DNA of 64,000 bases, from assembly GCF_009914755.1 (NCBI RefSeq), contig NC_060929.1. The stretch is one strand, 5' to 3'. The notes beneath the pieces were generated by a model, which did not search any database, was not told the origin of the DNA, and worked only from the letters and a program-made list of their open reading frames with translations. The position numbers and the translations under genes were made by a program. The DNA comes from the human T2T-CHM13v2.0 reference genome, Homo sapiens. This document shows positions 33,336 to 52,119 of the stretch, piece by piece (positions within the stretch are counted from its first letter, which is position 1; the number at the start of each line of letters is the position of its first letter).

Positions 33336-33368
<33 letters not shown>

Positions 33369-33684
33369 ATAAGTTGATGGGCAAAAGGGAACACATAAGA
33401 AAGGTGAACATCCCTGGTTGTGTGTGCACGTGAGTAGTGGGAAAGGGGTGGCCTCGCCTCTGAAAGAGGCATAAGTCTACGTTTATGCTTCGCAGTGGGG
33501 AATTTCCCTTTCCTTGGAGCACTTGGAAACTGACATAGGTTACAACAATGTGGAGACTTACACCTCTGCAGAAGGCAGTGGCACCTGCCTCTCCCCCTTC
33601 TTGTCCTGTACTTTCCCACAGATTTTCCATTCTACCATCCAGACAAATCTCAATATGAAATCCCCTGTCTGGATTGCCATGAGA

Positions 33685-33688
<4 letters not shown>

Positions 33689-33721
<33 letters not shown>

Positions 33722-33996
33722 CAGAGTCTTGCTCTGTCGCCCAGGCTGGAGTGCAGTGGCGATCTTGGCTCACTGCAAGCTCCGCCTCCCGGGTTCACGC
33801 CATTCTCCTGCCTCAGCCTCCCGAGTAGCTGGGACTACAGGGGCCTGCAACCACGCCAGGCTAATTTTTTGTATTTTTAGTAGAGATGGTGTTTCACTGT
33901 GTTAGCCAGGACGGTCTCGATCTCCTGACCTCGTGATCCGCCCTCCTCGGCCTCTCAAAGTGCTGGGATTACAAGCGTGAGCCACCGCGCCCAGCC
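33689..33996 (-). mobile_element. AluY
   Basis: Y diagnostics caagctccgcctcccgggttcacgccattc, gttagccagga, tcgatctcc; TSD gagacagattttt. Confidence 0.93.
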
Positions 33997-34341
33997 GAGA
34001 CAGATTTTTCTAATGGCTGATAAGCTTATCTCCAGGCCTTCCTCTACCCTCACCCCCAGCTGGGGAACTGTCTGTTGACTGGCAGGTAAAAGTGCAGGCT
34101 CCAAGGGCCACTTAGCATGAAAGGCCTCCTGAGGAGATACAACAGGAGGGACCAGCATCACCTATAAAGCATTCCATCCAAAAATGTTTAATCTGAATCA
34201 AATTCATCTTCTACTTCCAGTTTACAGAGATGAGGAACAGAAGAACAAGTTAAATGACATCATGAGAAAATGATCAGACCAATGGAGAATGTAGAGTGTT
34301 CAATAGGACAGCAGGGCTGGCCTCTTCAAAAAACCAATATC

Positions 34342-35180
<839 letters not shown>

Positions 35181-35190
35181 TTAAAATTCA

Positions 35191-35539
<349 letters not shown>

Positions 35540-35772
35540 TTAATGGGCTCTTGATTTAAATAAAAATTAAATAAAATAAAAGATATTTTGGGAATACTAG
35601 AGAAATTTGACTCTAAGCTGGTTTGATTGATATTTAGAAATTGATGTTAATGTTCTTACTGTGCCAGTAGCAGAGTGATTATGAGGAGAATGCCATCATT
35701 TTGGAAGATATATGAGGAACTATACAACTTATTTTATATTTTTCCCAAGGAAAAATCTACATATTTAGCTCA

Positions 35773-36098
<326 letters not shown>

Positions 36099-36773
36099 GT
36101 GCAAAGGACTTGAATAGACATTTTCTCCAAAAAGATAAACAAATGACCAATAATCACAGAGAAAGATGTTCAACACCATTAATCATTAGAGAACTGCAAA
36201 TAAAAACTACAATGGGATATCACTTCATACCCATTAGGATGGCGGCTATCAAAAAACCAAAATAGTAAGACTTGGCAAGGATGTGGAGAAATTGGAACCA
36301 TTGTAGAGTGTTGGTGAGAATGCAAAATGATACAGCTGCTATGGAAAACACTGCATGGAGATTCCTCAAAAAATTAAATATAGAATTACCATACAGCAAT
36401 CCCACTTCTGGGTATTTATCCAAAATAATTGAAATCAGCAACTTGAAGAGATGTTAGCACTCCCATGTTTCTTGCCCCACTGTTTACAATACTTGAGATT
36501 TAGAAACAACCTGAATGTTCATCCAGAATGAATGAAACAAAAATGTGGTGCCTACATACAATGGAATGTCATTCAGCTTTAAAAAATACGGAAATTCTGG
36601 GACACACTACAACATGGATAAGCCCTGAGGACATGGTGCTAAGTGAAATAAGCTAATCACAAAGAGACAAATACCTCATGATTCCACTTATATGAGGTGC
36701 TTAGAGTAGTCAAAATCATAGAGACGGAAATAGAATGGCGGTTACCAGGTTTGAGGGGAAGGAGAAGTGGGGA

Positions 36774-37125
36774 GTTTTTGTTTGTCTGTTTGTTTGTTTT
36801 GGTTTGGTTTGGTTTGGTTTTGAGACAGAGCGCTCTGTCGCCCAGGCTGGAGTGCAGTGGCGCTCCAGTGGGACTCCAAGTGGCACTCCAAGTGGGATCT
36901 TGGCTCACTGCAACCTCCCCCTCCCGGAGCAATTCTCCTGCCTCGGCCTCTCTAGTAGCTGGGATTACAGGCATGTGCCACCACGCCCGGCTATTTTTGT
37001 ATTTTTAGTAGAGACGGGGTTTCACCGTGTTAGCCAGGATGGTCTCAATCTCCTGACCTTGTGATCCGCCCACCTCGGCCCCTCAAAGTGCTGGGATTAC
37101 AGGCATGAGCCACCACGCCCAGCCC
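36774..37125 (-). mobile_element. AluS/Y with internal insertion
   Basis: TSD gaagt(g/a)gggagtt. Confidence 0.9.
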
Positions 37126-37482
37126 GAAGTAGGGAGTTGTTGTTTAATGGGTTTGTTGAAACTCTCTTGTTTGAATTTTAGTTTTACAGGTGAAAAAAGT
37201 TATAGAGATGGATGGTGGTGATGGTTACACTACATTATGAATGTATTTAATACCACCAAACTGTACACTTAAAAATGATCAGGACTGTAGATTGTATGTT
37301 ATAGGTACTTTAACACAATAGAAAACTGAAAAAGAAATACAGAAAAGGTAAACCAAAAAATCTACAGATTTATGTATACATATAGATGAAACAAATATGA
37401 CAAAATATTGCCAGTTGTTGAATCTAAGTGGTTAGTACAAAGATGTTCATTGTTTTATCCCTTCAACCTTTCTCTATGTTTA

Positions 37483-37882
<400 letters not shown>

Positions 37883-37924
37883 GGAAACTGTATTTTAGTT
37901 CCTATTCCTCCATTAATAAGCACA

Positions 37925-38075
37925 GGCCTTGAGCCAATTCCATAAACCCTTTGAGAATCCATTTTCTCATCTGTAACATGGGGATAATAACGTTGCTCAT
38001 CTCAGTGATGTTTTGAAGATTAAGATCGTTTATGTGATGCCGGTAACACAGGCGTGGTGCATAGGTGCTCAGTAA
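37925..38075 (+). mobile_element. MIR
   Basis: tttctcatctgtaacatggggataata core. Confidence 0.75.
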
Positions 38076-38169
38076 GTTGATTTTATCCACAAGCAAAGCT
38101 AACAGAGAGAAGCATCGCATGGCCCCTTTCTTAGCTTCGTATTGGTCAGATGCTGGCTTCTGGTCAACC

Positions 38170-38587
38170 AGCAAATCCTTTCTGAGGGCTGGGCTAGGTG
38201 TCTTCTGTTTGCCATTCCAGATCCAGTCTATTCTTTCTCTACCCTGCTCTGTGACCAGAGAGGCAGAGGCGTGTGGACTGCATCCTTGCCCTCCCTTTCC
38301 TTCTGCCCTCTAGTTAGGTTCAACCAATGGGAAGCACCAGCAGGAGGCTGGACGGAGGTGCAGAGGAAACCTCTTCCTGCTGTGGTGCCCTGGATGGGCA
38401 ACCATTCCCTCTTCTTGCCCCTTCTTGCCCCTAGGAATTTAAAGAACCCCCCAGTATTGCTTGCCCTGGGACACTGTACTGTCCCTTGTTACTTTACTTA
38501 AACCTCGTACATACAGACTTTATTAAACTGCTTATTGATCCAGTTTGAGTGTGCCACCTATTTCCTACCAGAACTCGGGCTGACACA
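38170..38587 (+). mobile_element. LTR33-type ERVL LTR
   Basis: accctgctctgtg..ggttcaaccaatgggaagcaccagcaggag...ttattaaact..tttgagtgtgcca..tttcct. Confidence 0.65.
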
Positions 38588-39232
38588 GGGTCTTCTGTGT
38601 GCTATTTTGCCAGGCTCTGAGAGATACCATAATTAGGAACTCAGACATAGTCCTTTCTGGGGCTTATTGTGCCTTCACCTTGAACCTGTCCCCTTGGAGA
38701 TTTCTGAGCTGATACCAATTTCTTATTCCAGTGGACACAGCATACACAGAATGGCAAACAGCACCTACCCTGCCTCTACTCCTCAATTCGCACGTGGTAA
38801 AATCTGACTTGGATTCTGTGATATCTAGGCCTATCCCAAATCTTCAGATCCAAACAGAGAGAAATGTTGGCTGTGCCCCATTCTCTTTACTCTGCGTATC
38901 TAGGAGCTTGAGAATTCAATGGAACCTCATTAAATGTCTGAAGCACTTTGACAATAAACAAATATGGTAACATTTAGCAGGATGCTGTGTATAGTGTGGG
39001 GCTTCATTAAGTCAAGTTTGTGGTGAGAAGAACTCAGAAAACACATTTGTTTAAGACAATAGGATTAGATCATATTCTCCTCAGATGTTTCTTTGAGTCT
39101 TTCAATGTCTGTATAGATGGCCCCCAAATGAGACTAGGATTTAACATCTCTAGAGAAGCTGGGGTTCGCAAACTCAGGGTCTTCCTTTATATCTACTCTG
39201 AAATGGTTTTCTCCCTCCCACTATAAACATGA

Positions 39233-39773
<541 letters not shown>

Positions 39774-39853
39774 TCAGTGAATGATTTCAAACACCCTTGT
39801 GTTCTCCCCGTTGGGAACCACAACGGAATCTGCCTTTTTGTGCCAACACCTGT

Positions 39854-40200
39854 TGATATGGTTTGGCTCTGTGTCCCCACCCAAATCTCATACTGAATTG
39901 TAATCCCCACGTGTTGAGAGAGGGAAGTGATTGGATCATGGAGGTGGTTCCCCCATGATGTGCTCACGATAGTGAGTTCTCAAGAGAGCTGATGATTTTG
40001 TAACTGTTTGGAAGCTCCTTCTTTGTGGTTCTCTCTCCTGCCACCTTGTGAAGAAGGTGCTTGCTTTGCCTTCGCCATGATTGTAAGTTTCCGGAGGCCT
40101 CCCCAGCCATGCAGAACTGTGAGTCCATTAAACCTCTTTCCTTTATAAATTACCAGTCTTGGGTAGTATCTGTATAGCAGCATGAGAACAGACTAATAAA
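39854..40200 (+). mobile_element. THE1 (C/D-like) solo MaLR LTR
   Basis: tgatatggtttggctctgtgtccccacccaaatctcat ... gaacagactaata; 5-bp TSD cctgt/cctat. Confidence 0.92.
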
Positions 40201-40615
40201 CCTATGAAACAACTGATGAAACTTGCATCATCTTCTGGTTTGGTAGCTCACAAAGGACCCTCTCAGAGCACGCTGTTTCCTCTTAAATAGCCCGATAACA
40301 ATTAAAAACCTTCCTGGATCGTCCTTTCTCGAAGACTGCAGAAGTCTGAACCATATAGAGAGTTTCTTTGCATTTGGATCTTGTCCTCTGGCTCCATGCA
40401 TTGGCTGCCAGGTTGCAATTACAGCTCCTGAGTGTAAGCCTCAGGGGAGGCTCATCCACTGGGGTGAGCATATGCACAAGTGGAAAATAAACAACCCAAG
40501 GTATTTCTGGCTTTGGAGCTGGCTCACAATAAGATGTCACAGAGAAGGGAGCAGTCGAGGCAAGTGGAACTTTTGCAGGTACAATGTAAACCAGGGTGAA
40601 AATTCCTTCCTAACC

Positions 40616-40881
<266 letters not shown>

Positions 40882-40894
40882 TCATGATGATACC

Positions 40895-41490
<596 letters not shown>

Positions 41491-43071
41491 ACCCCTGCCA
41501 AGGAGGCATTTTATTGTCACACGGACCTGGCACACAGTTGAGAGCAGAGAAACAAGGAAGGATCTGCCTGCTAGAACATAAGCTACTTAAAGAGAGAAAT
41601 CTTTGTTTAGTTCACTGTTGTATCCCCAGCACCTGTAACAGTGCCTGGCACATATTTGTTAAAAGCAGTGAAAGAAGTGGTTATTATTAGTCACTTGTCA
41701 CCTGACCTCAGCCATCACACTTCCAGCCTGTGAGTGTGTGGGGGTGATGATCACAATGGAAGAAGTCGATCAGTCATCGAACTCCACCCAGTGTGGCTGT
41801 GGTCCTCGGAATCATGGGGTGGGCTCTGCCAGGTTGGGAATGTGTTCAGATTTTAACTGCATGGATCATAGCTACAGATGTGCGAGAAGGAATGCCGCAG
41901 AGCTCCGCAGGGCAAGCAGGGTCTGGCGACAGGTGACAGGCATCAGGGCGGGGCCCCTGGGCCCTGAGCTTCCTGCACACTGAAGATACTGTTGAGGGGC
42001 GGTGGGGGGGTGTGGGTAAGGGGGAGAAGAGGGTGTGGGAGACCCAGAGTAGGGAGGAAGAGAGGGAGAAAACACAAGAGCCCAGGAGGGAGGTGGGAAG
42101 GCCCCCTTCTGCTGCTCCAGCTGGTCGGACAGGCCCCCAGGCCCCCCCTCCTCCTGCTCCTTTGCCCATTGTGGGGCAGTCTGAGCGAGAACAATGGGAA
42201 TGGAATCCTTCTTCCCCTCCTGCCTGGCAGGGCTGGGCCCACTTCCTCCTGGCCCCACCGAAAGGAATGCTTTCTTGTCCAGACTGTGTGGTACCCGCAG
42301 GGAAGAAGGGCACTTGGGGCTCCCCAGGGACCGAAGGCTTTGTGGCTTGAGCCGATGACAATGGGGTTGGAGCAGGGAGTGGGGGTGGGGGGGTTGGATC
42401 TTTTCAAAATTTCTCTTGGGTTTCTAATGAGTATTTCTGCTCTTTTTTTCTGATTCATGATGGGGTCTCTGTCATGAGGCCTTAAGTCACGCTAAGTTAC
42501 TTGGGGCCTTTTCTGACTTCTGGAGCAGACCACTCAGGCGGATCTGTGACCCCAAGTGACAGCACCCACAGCCGGAGAGAAGCCCTTTGAGACAGGTTAG
42601 CGATGCCTGAGCACCACCCCCACCCTAGGCAGGGCTGCGGATCATCTGAGCTCTTCCCTCCTGGCCTCCCGGTACCCCAGAAGCCACTCCATTCTGTGTG
42701 GAAACTGCAGCTCAGGGCCACTCCGATTTTTATTTCAGGTTTGGAAGGCACAAAAGCTAATTCTTCTGCCTCCTCCGTGTCTCAAAGCATAAAAATCCTC
42801 CAATCTCCCGCCTGGAAGGTCGACGCCTGGCTGTCCACCTTCTGGGGACAGATGAAGGCAGAGGGCTGGGGCTGTCTCAGCACACAGTCTGTAAACTTAA
42901 TCCCACTGTAGTCACCTGTGCTGCTTGTTGACCCTCTGTTGTTCCTTCTTCGGAGAATAAAACGCCTGTCTCTGCCAGCTTTTGGGGAGAGGCAGCAACC
43001 GGACTGCATGGCGAGTGGGAGGGTGTGGAGTCTGGCTTCTAACAGCCCGTTTTCGGGCTCGGAAGCTCCAC

Positions 43072-43582
43072 TGTAGCAGGACAAGCCGCAGACAAAACTC
43101 CTCAGACACCGAGTTAAAGAAGGAAGTGGTTTATTCGGCAGGGAACATCGGCAAGACTCCTGTCTCAAGAGCCGAGCTCCCCGGGTGAGCAATTCCTGTC
43201 CCTTTTAAGGGCTCACAACTCTAAGGGGGTCTGCGTGAGAGGGTCGTGATCGATTGAGCAAGCAGCGGGTATGTGACTGGAGGCTGCATGTACCAGTAAT
43301 CAGAATGGTAATCAGAACAAAACAGAACAGGACAGGGATTTTTACAATGCCTTTCCATACAATGTCTGGAATCTATAGATAACATAACCGGTTAGGTCAG
43401 GGGTCGATCTTTAACTACCAGGCTTAGGTCAGGCAGGCCCAGGCCTGGTTTCGGGTCTGGTTCCTTGGTTTCGGATCTGGTTCCTAGGCACTGGGCTACC
43501 TGCCTTTAGTTTTGCTTCTCTTCCCTTTTTTGAGTATAAGATAATATAAAACAATATGAGAGGATCTGTCTCTCTTCTCCCA
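43072..43582 (-). mobile_element. Solo LTR2C (HERV-E/Harlequin family)
   Basis: TG..CA termini (tgtagcagga ... tctcttctccca), 4-bp TSD CCAC, minus-strand AATAAA at 43130-43135, many CpGs retained. Confidence 0.88.
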
Positions 43583-43640
43583 CCACCAACACTCCACTGC
43601 TAGAGATCCTTGGTGCTGTAGATCCTGGAGCCCTCTGTAG

Positions 43641-44135
<495 letters not shown>

Positions 44136-45087
44136 TGGGTTTTTTGTTTTTTTTTTTTAATTCCCTTCATCTTACTCTAGCGGGCTTTTGGAATGCATGT
44201 GTTCAAACTCCCACCTTTGAACTGTTTTCATGTATCAATCCTGGAAAGGTTTAAGACTTTGAGTAACAGAAAATGTTGTAAGTCATGGCCCTTAAACACA
44301 TTTTTGGATTTAAAAATTAATTTTGCAAATAAATCATTGTGTGTTCTCTCTTGTCTCCACTCCCATTACCTTTCCCTAAAATGTGTTACTTCGTTATGGA
44401 ACCCAGAGCCTCACACTGTACCAGAGCTTGGTGCATATGTGTTAGATGACTGATTGACAGGCTGACTCACAATCTAACTAGCCCGTATCTTATGGGATCT
44501 TTCATCTAAGAAGAGACACAGCATACTATACCATGCATGTTAATTTCCATAGCCTATACTTGCTTTGTTAATTTTCATTACAAACTATATTGAAGATATC
44601 AAAAAGCATATTAAATGCAAGATATAGAATGTAAAGAGGAATAATACAAGAACTACCACGGCACCCAGTAGCCAGCTTAAACACTGCAGCCTTACAAGCC
44701 CCGAGTGCCTCTTTCTGAGCACATGTCCCTCCTTCCCAGAAGCACCCACTGTTTTGTGTTGATAAATCACCTGCTTTCTTTATAGTTTTACCATTTGTGC
44801 ATGCAAATCTAAACAATACATTGTATCCTTTTACTCATTTTTGAAATGTATACATGGAATCATACACTGTAGTTTTCTCTGATTTGCTTCTTTCACTCAA
44901 CATTGGTTTCGAGGCCCATCCTAACTGATCTACATAGCTGCAGTTCATTCATTCTGCTAAAATATTCCATTATAAATAGCACCACAATTTATTCATGTAT
45001 TCCACTGTTGATGGACATTAGAGTTGTTTCATTTTTTTACTATCCTGAGCAACAGGCCTGGGACTAGGGTGAGGAAGAGGGAAGTCA

Positions 45088-45884
<797 letters not shown>

Positions 45885-46282
45885 TTAGAGACCACAACCT
45901 ACAACAGTCCTGAAGGGGAGTAGGGGAGTACCACCTTAAGTTTTTTGCCCTAGGAGCCGTTCTTCCTCCTTCTGGTCCTGACCCTGCTGAAAAACCCTGC
46001 CATGAACATCTGTGCATACCTCCTGGTACCCTTGGGCAGGAGTTTTTCTAGAGTGCATAACATAGGACTGGAATTGCTGGGTAGTAGAACATGTGCATAT
46101 TTGTCTTTATTAGCTAAGGCGAGGCTCTTTTCCAAAGTGGTTTTACCAGTTTATTCTACTATTAGTGGTGGAGAGCAGTTCTGTTGCTCCACATCCTGTT
46201 CTTGTTGCTCCAAGACCTGGCCTTGTCTGGCTTTCTGATTGTAGTCAGTTGGGTAAGTGTGGAAGAGTATCTCCTCAAGGAA

Positions 46283-47702
<1,420 letters not shown>

Positions 47703-48047
47703 ACTCTTTTCTATTTAATTAACCAAGTGTCTCAGCACCATTTATTAAATAGTCCAGGCTTTACCCAATATCTGAAATGCCCACTGAGTCATAAATCAAG
47801 TCTCCATATATACATGGATATTGTTCTAGGTTCTCTGTTCTGGTCCATTGATCTATGTGTCCATCCCTTTCCAATACCACATCATTTTTATTACTACAGT
47901 CTCAATGGTAAGTTAAATCATGGTATCTGGTAGGGTAGGTTCCCCTCAATTTACTCTTTTTCATAAGTGCCTTGACATTCTTGGACAGTTGCTCTTCTAT
48001 ATACATTTTTGAAATAGCTTTTCAAGTCTCTTAAAAATGCCTGTTGG

Positions 48048-48376
<329 letters not shown>

Positions 48377-48486
48377 TTAAAGGCAATTGACAGTTATGAT
48401 ATTGAATCTTTTTACCTAAGAACATTGCATTTCTCTTCATTTATTTAGGGCTTTCCCCGCCACCCACCCCCCACCACCCCCGAACC

Positions 48487-48710
48487 AAGATCTCACTCTG
48501 TCACCCAAGCTGGAGTATGGTGGAATGATCATACTCACTGCAGCCTTGAACTCCTGGGTTCAAGTGATCCTCCTCCGTCAACCTCCCAAGTAGCTGGGAC
48601 TATAGGTACATGTCACCACATCTGGCTAATTGAAAAAAAAAAAATTTATAGAGATAGGATCTTGCTGTGTTGCCCAGGCTGGTCTCAAACTCCTCAGTGA
48701 TCCTCCCACT
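48487..48710 (-). mobile_element. AluJ, partial
   Basis: cactgcagccttgaactcctggg; both ends eroded. Confidence 0.85.
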
Positions 48711-48754
48711 TTTAAAAGTAGCATTTAGAGCTTGATCATTTTTCCATAAAGAGT

Positions 48755-49201
48755 TCTGGGTGTTTGACCCCTCTAAGCCTCATGTTGAAATTTGATTCTC
48801 GATGTTGGAGGTAGGGGCTAATGGGAGGTGTTTGTGTCATGGGGGCAGGTTCCTCATGACTAGATTAATGCCCTCCTTGAGGTGTGGCTGGGGAGTGAAT
48901 GAGTTCTCACTCATTCACTCTCACTCATTAGTTTCCTCAAGAGCTGGTTGTTAAAAAGAGCCTGGCATCCCCCTCCCCTCTCACACTCTTGCTTCCTCTT
49001 TCGACATACGAACTCTGCACACACCAGCTCCTCTTCAACTTCCACCGTAAGTGGAAGCAGTCTGAAGCCCTTACCAGATGCAGATGCCCAATCTTGAACT
49101 TTCCAGTCACGAGAATCATGAGCCAAATAAGCCTTTTTTTTAATATATAAATTACCCAGCCCTGGGTATTCCTTTATAGGAATACAAAATGGACTAAGAC
49201 A
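48755..49201 (+). mobile_element. MST (MSTB-like) MaLR LTR
   Basis: ctcatgttgaaatttgat...cagatgcccaatcttgaactttccag...aaaatggactaagaca. Confidence 0.85.
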
Positions 49202-49236
49202 GTTTTGTGTATCTTTTATAGATTTATTCCCAAGTC

Positions 49237-49527
49237 CTTTTTTTTTTTTGAGACAGAGTCTCACTCTGTCACCTAGGCTGGAGTGCAGTGGTACAATCTC
49301 AGTTCACTACAACCCCTGCCTCCCAGGTTCATGAAATTCTTGTGCCTCATCCTCCTGAGTAGCTGGGACTACATGTGTACGCCACCATGCCCAGCTGATT
49401 TTTTGTATTTTAGTAGTGACAGGGTTTCACCATGTTGGGCTGGTCTCGAACTCCTGAGCTCAGGCAATCCATCCAATTTGGCCTTCCTAAGTACGAGGAT
49501 TACAGGTGTGAGCCACCGTGCCTGGCC
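49237..49527 (-). mobile_element. AluS
   Basis: Full reverse Alu. Confidence 0.92.
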
Positions 49528-50334
49528 TCTAAGTACTTTTTAAAAAATGGAAATTTATTTTCTCACTGTCTTAAAGGCTGAAAGTCCAAGAACAATATGC
49601 CAGGAGGGTTGATTTCTTCTGAGGCTTTCTTCTTGGCTTTCAGATGTCCACCTTATCTCTGTGTCATTATGTAGACTTTTCTCTGTGTGTGGGAATCCTT
49701 GGTGTTCATTCCTAGGTGCTTAAAAATGTTTTGGTGCCTATTAGAAATGGGCATCTTTATAAGAAATTTACATTTTGCAACTGATTGTTGCTGATGTATA
49801 GAAATTCTATAGAAATGCAAATGATTCTTGTATCCAGCAATCTTGCAGACCTCTCTTATTAATTCAAACGCTGTATCTGCATATTATTTTGGGGTTTCTA
49901 TGTAGCTAATCCTTCCTCCGCAAAGAATGACAGTTTTATTCCACTCATCCTTTCTTGAATGTCTGGAATGTTTAATGAGGCATTGTTCATCCTGCAGGTC
50001 CAGTAAGAAAACATTAAGAAACACTGAGTTCAAAATGACAATCTACTCACTTTATATAAATTCATTTTAGTGTTTAAAAAGTCCTAATCCAAATATGTAG
50101 CATAAAATGCAAAAATACGTTGGAACAACAGATCTGAACCCATGTTTATGAGATACATAGAATTCCAAGGAGAATTAGGAAACCAACCCCTTGACTTATG
50201 TCCTGAGATCCTGAGATGGTATGAGGAGATTCCTCACTATATATGGCAGGTTTTTGGCTACATGGGGTTGCGGGTGATACTTGCTGACAGAATGACTACC
50301 TAGTGACTTCCTCTCCCTTCTTCAAGGATGGTGG

Positions 50335-50530
50335 AAGATAGACATGGGCTTTAGAATCAAACAGCTCACTCTGCATGACCCTGAGCAAGTGAGTGAACCC
50401 ATCTGAGCCATAGTTTCTTCATCCGCAAAATGGTGATGACAAGCAGACCTATCTTGGAGGGCTTAGGAGAAGATTGAATGTGTTAATGTGTGTAAAGCGT
50501 GTAAGGCAGCCTGGTTCCGGCTAAATGTTC
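50335..50530 (+). mobile_element. MIR
   Basis: gggctttagaatca..gcaagtgagtgaaccc.tctgagcc..agtttcttcatc. Confidence 0.7.
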
Positions 50531-50889
50531 CATTAATATTGGAAACCAAGATTTCTCCCAAGTCACAGACCCTTAAATCTGGGCAGGTCCCTGAGTCCTG
50601 TGACTCCACAATTCTTCAGCACAGGGATGAGAAATCCTTCAGTCCGGTGGTTTCAAAAAATTATTCAGCAAGAGAAGTTTCTTAAAAAAAAAAATAGGTA
50701 ATTAAACCCCAATATATATATATATAAACCCTAGCCATGATATATGCCGTCTCCAATGATATGGGTATGGAGGATCAGGAGCCCATCTCCCCAGCCCCCC
50801 TGTGCCTGCCTTCCATGGTGGCTGGTCGCTGGGGCCCCTCTAATGCACACTCTTCCTTCACAGGGTGCCGATTCAGTCCACCTCTTTAT

Positions 50890-51287
50890 ATGAGGCTACT
50901 TGGGCTGCCATAAGAAAATACCATAGACTATGTGGTTTAAACAACAGAAATTTATTCTCTCACAGTTCTGGAGGTTAGAAGTCCAAGATCAAGGTGCTGG
51001 CCAGGTTGGTTTCTGGTGGGGCCTCTCTTCTTGGCTTGCGGATGGTCACCTTCTTGCTGTTTCCTCACATGGCTTCTTCTCTGTGCACACACCAAGACAG
51101 AGAGTCTCTGGTGTCTCTTCTTCTTCTTATAAGGACACCAGTCCTATCTGATTAAAACCATAGCCTATGACCTCATTTAACCCCTCCTGCCTCCTTTTGG
51201 GTCCTATCTCCATAAATACAGTCACATTGGGGGTTAGGGCTTCAGCATATGAATTGTGTTTGGGGAAACACAATTTAGTTCATAACA
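50890..51287 (-). mobile_element. MLT1A/A0 LTR
   Basis: gggctgccataa..aaacaacagaaatttatt..ggttagggcttca.catatgaatt..cataaca. Confidence 0.88.
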
Positions 51288-51788
51288 CCATCCCATTTTC
51301 CAGGTGGAGGATCTGAGGCTCCAATAAGGTGGTGATTCTTCCCAGCACACTTTGAAAATGAGGGACTGAGGCTAGACCAGTTCTGACACAAGCACAGTTG
51401 CCCTGATCTCCGGTGGCTGAGTGAGGTCCAGAGCTTGGCAGGGCCTCATTCTCCTGGCCTCTGCTCAGAACCCAGCACTCCACTGGTACCCTGAGAATGG
51501 GCAGGAAGCTCCAGGAGCATGTGTGGGAAGCACTGCTGGCATGGACATTGGCATGCACACCGGGTGTTTTTCTAAGGGTCTTTATGGGCTGGAGCACATG
51601 GTGGCTGTGGTCTGTGTGCACATAGACCTATAACCCTCATGGCAGGTGAGGGGCACTGAGGTTCTGCTGTGAAAGGCTGAAGAGTCTCAAGGGAGTAGAC
51701 CTTTGGGGTCACTGCAGCAGCAGCTCACAGTGATCAAGTGCTTACTGATTGTCAGCAGAGTGCTAAGTGCTTTATAAACCTCTGTCAT

Positions 51789-52119
<331 letters not shown>

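Noticed and set aside
41846-42458. Five overlapping 112-171 aa ORFs on both strands
   Set aside because: Expected from GC-rich low-complexity sequence with few stops; no recognisable domain
43445-43486. 19-bp tandem repeat tggtttcgg(g/a)tctggttcc
   Set aside because: As I recall it is part of the LTR2C consensus, so not locus-specific
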